Below, piece by piece: positions 63,170 through 64,000 of a stretch of 64,000 bases of DNA. Within the stretch, counting starts at the first letter, position 1. Each line of letters opens with the position of its first letter. The DNA lies in NCBI GenBank assembly GCA_036785375.1, contig JAWMAR010000471.1:434001-498000 (forward strand), in the 5' to 3' direction. The stretch is from Leucoraja ocellata. Lineage: Eukaryota. The translations under genes and the position numbers were made by a program. Below the pieces are notes generated by a model. That model was given only the letters and a program-made list of their open reading frames with translations, ran no database searches and was not told the origin of the DNA.

Positions 63170-64000
63170 ATATAGACAATCGACAATAGACCATAGCCAA
63201 TAGGTGCATGTTTCCTGCCTCTAGCATGTCCAAGCCCTTAAAAATCTTACATGTTTCAATGATATCTCCTCTCGTCCTTCTAAGCTCCAGAGTGTACAAG
63301 CCCAGCTGCTCCATTCTCTCAGCATTCGGCTCTTCGAGCCATCACCACCGTTCAATATGATCCTGGCTGATCATCCAGAATCAGTACCCTGTCCCTGCTT
63401 TCTCCTCATGTCCCTTGATTCTGTTGTCCGAAGAGCAAAGTCTAACTCTCGCTTGAATACATCGAGTGAATTGGCCTCCACTACCTTCTCTGCCGGATAA
63501 TTCCATAGATTCAAAGCTCTCTTGTTGAAAACGATTTTCCTCATCCCAGTCCCAAATGGCCTACCCCTTATTCTTAAATTGTGACCCCTGGTTCTCGACT
63601 CCCAACATCGGAAACATTTGTCCTGTATAATTCCTTAAGAATCTTATATGTTTCTATAAGATCCCCTTTCACCCTTCTAAATTCCAGTGGATATAAACCC
63701 AGTCGATCCATCCTTTCACCATATTTCAGTCCCGCAAGAATGCCCTTCCTCAAATAAGGAGACAAAAACTGCGGTCTCGCCAGGATCGCTTTGCTCCTTT
63801 ACACACATCCTCTCGCTATGAAAGCCAAAATGCCATTAGCTTTCTTCATTGCCTGTTATACCTGCATGCTTACTTTCAGTGTTTAATGTACAAGGACACC
63901 AGTGTCCCGTTGACACTCCCCTTTTCCAAATCTGACACAATTTAGATAATAATCTGCCTTCTTGTTCTTGCCACCAATGTGCATAAACTCACACGTATCC
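63170..64000 (-). mobile_element. Degenerate, rearranged CR1 fragments
   Basis: SPYLRK..LGLYPLEFRR..; CR1 3' UTR. Confidence 0.8.

Overview
This is vertebrate genomic DNA, very likely from a cartilaginous fish (skate/ray/shark), inferred from the HE1/HER1-like repeats and the V-gene families. The window is part of the variable (V) region of a T-cell receptor alpha/delta-type locus. It holds 7 two-exon V segments (leader + V exon), each followed by a 23-bp-spacer RSS, in mixed orientations (+,-,+,+,-,-,-), plus one orphan 23-RSS. I found no D, J or C segments. Interleaved among the V segments are 4 intact two-exon, 324-325 aa class A GPCR paralogues of the GPR139/GPR142-like type; their 70-nt first exons are missed by the ORF track. 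Also present: a tRNA-Thr(CGT) gene, several strong CTCF-like motifs (three at a fixed ~25 bp behind RSS nonamers), three assembly gaps and dense transposon debris (CR1/HER1, Rex1/Babar, L2, V-SINE, CORE-SINE, Penelope fragments with minimal hammerhead motifs, MITEs, a Gypsy remnant). The best candidate for an undescribed system is the diversifying orphan-GPCR cluster inside a somatically rearranging TCR V array; three of the four receptors have an Arg/Glu pair in place of the TM6 toggle Trp. All calls were made by eye. Exon and RSS coordinates were counted by hand; repeat boundaries are approximate.
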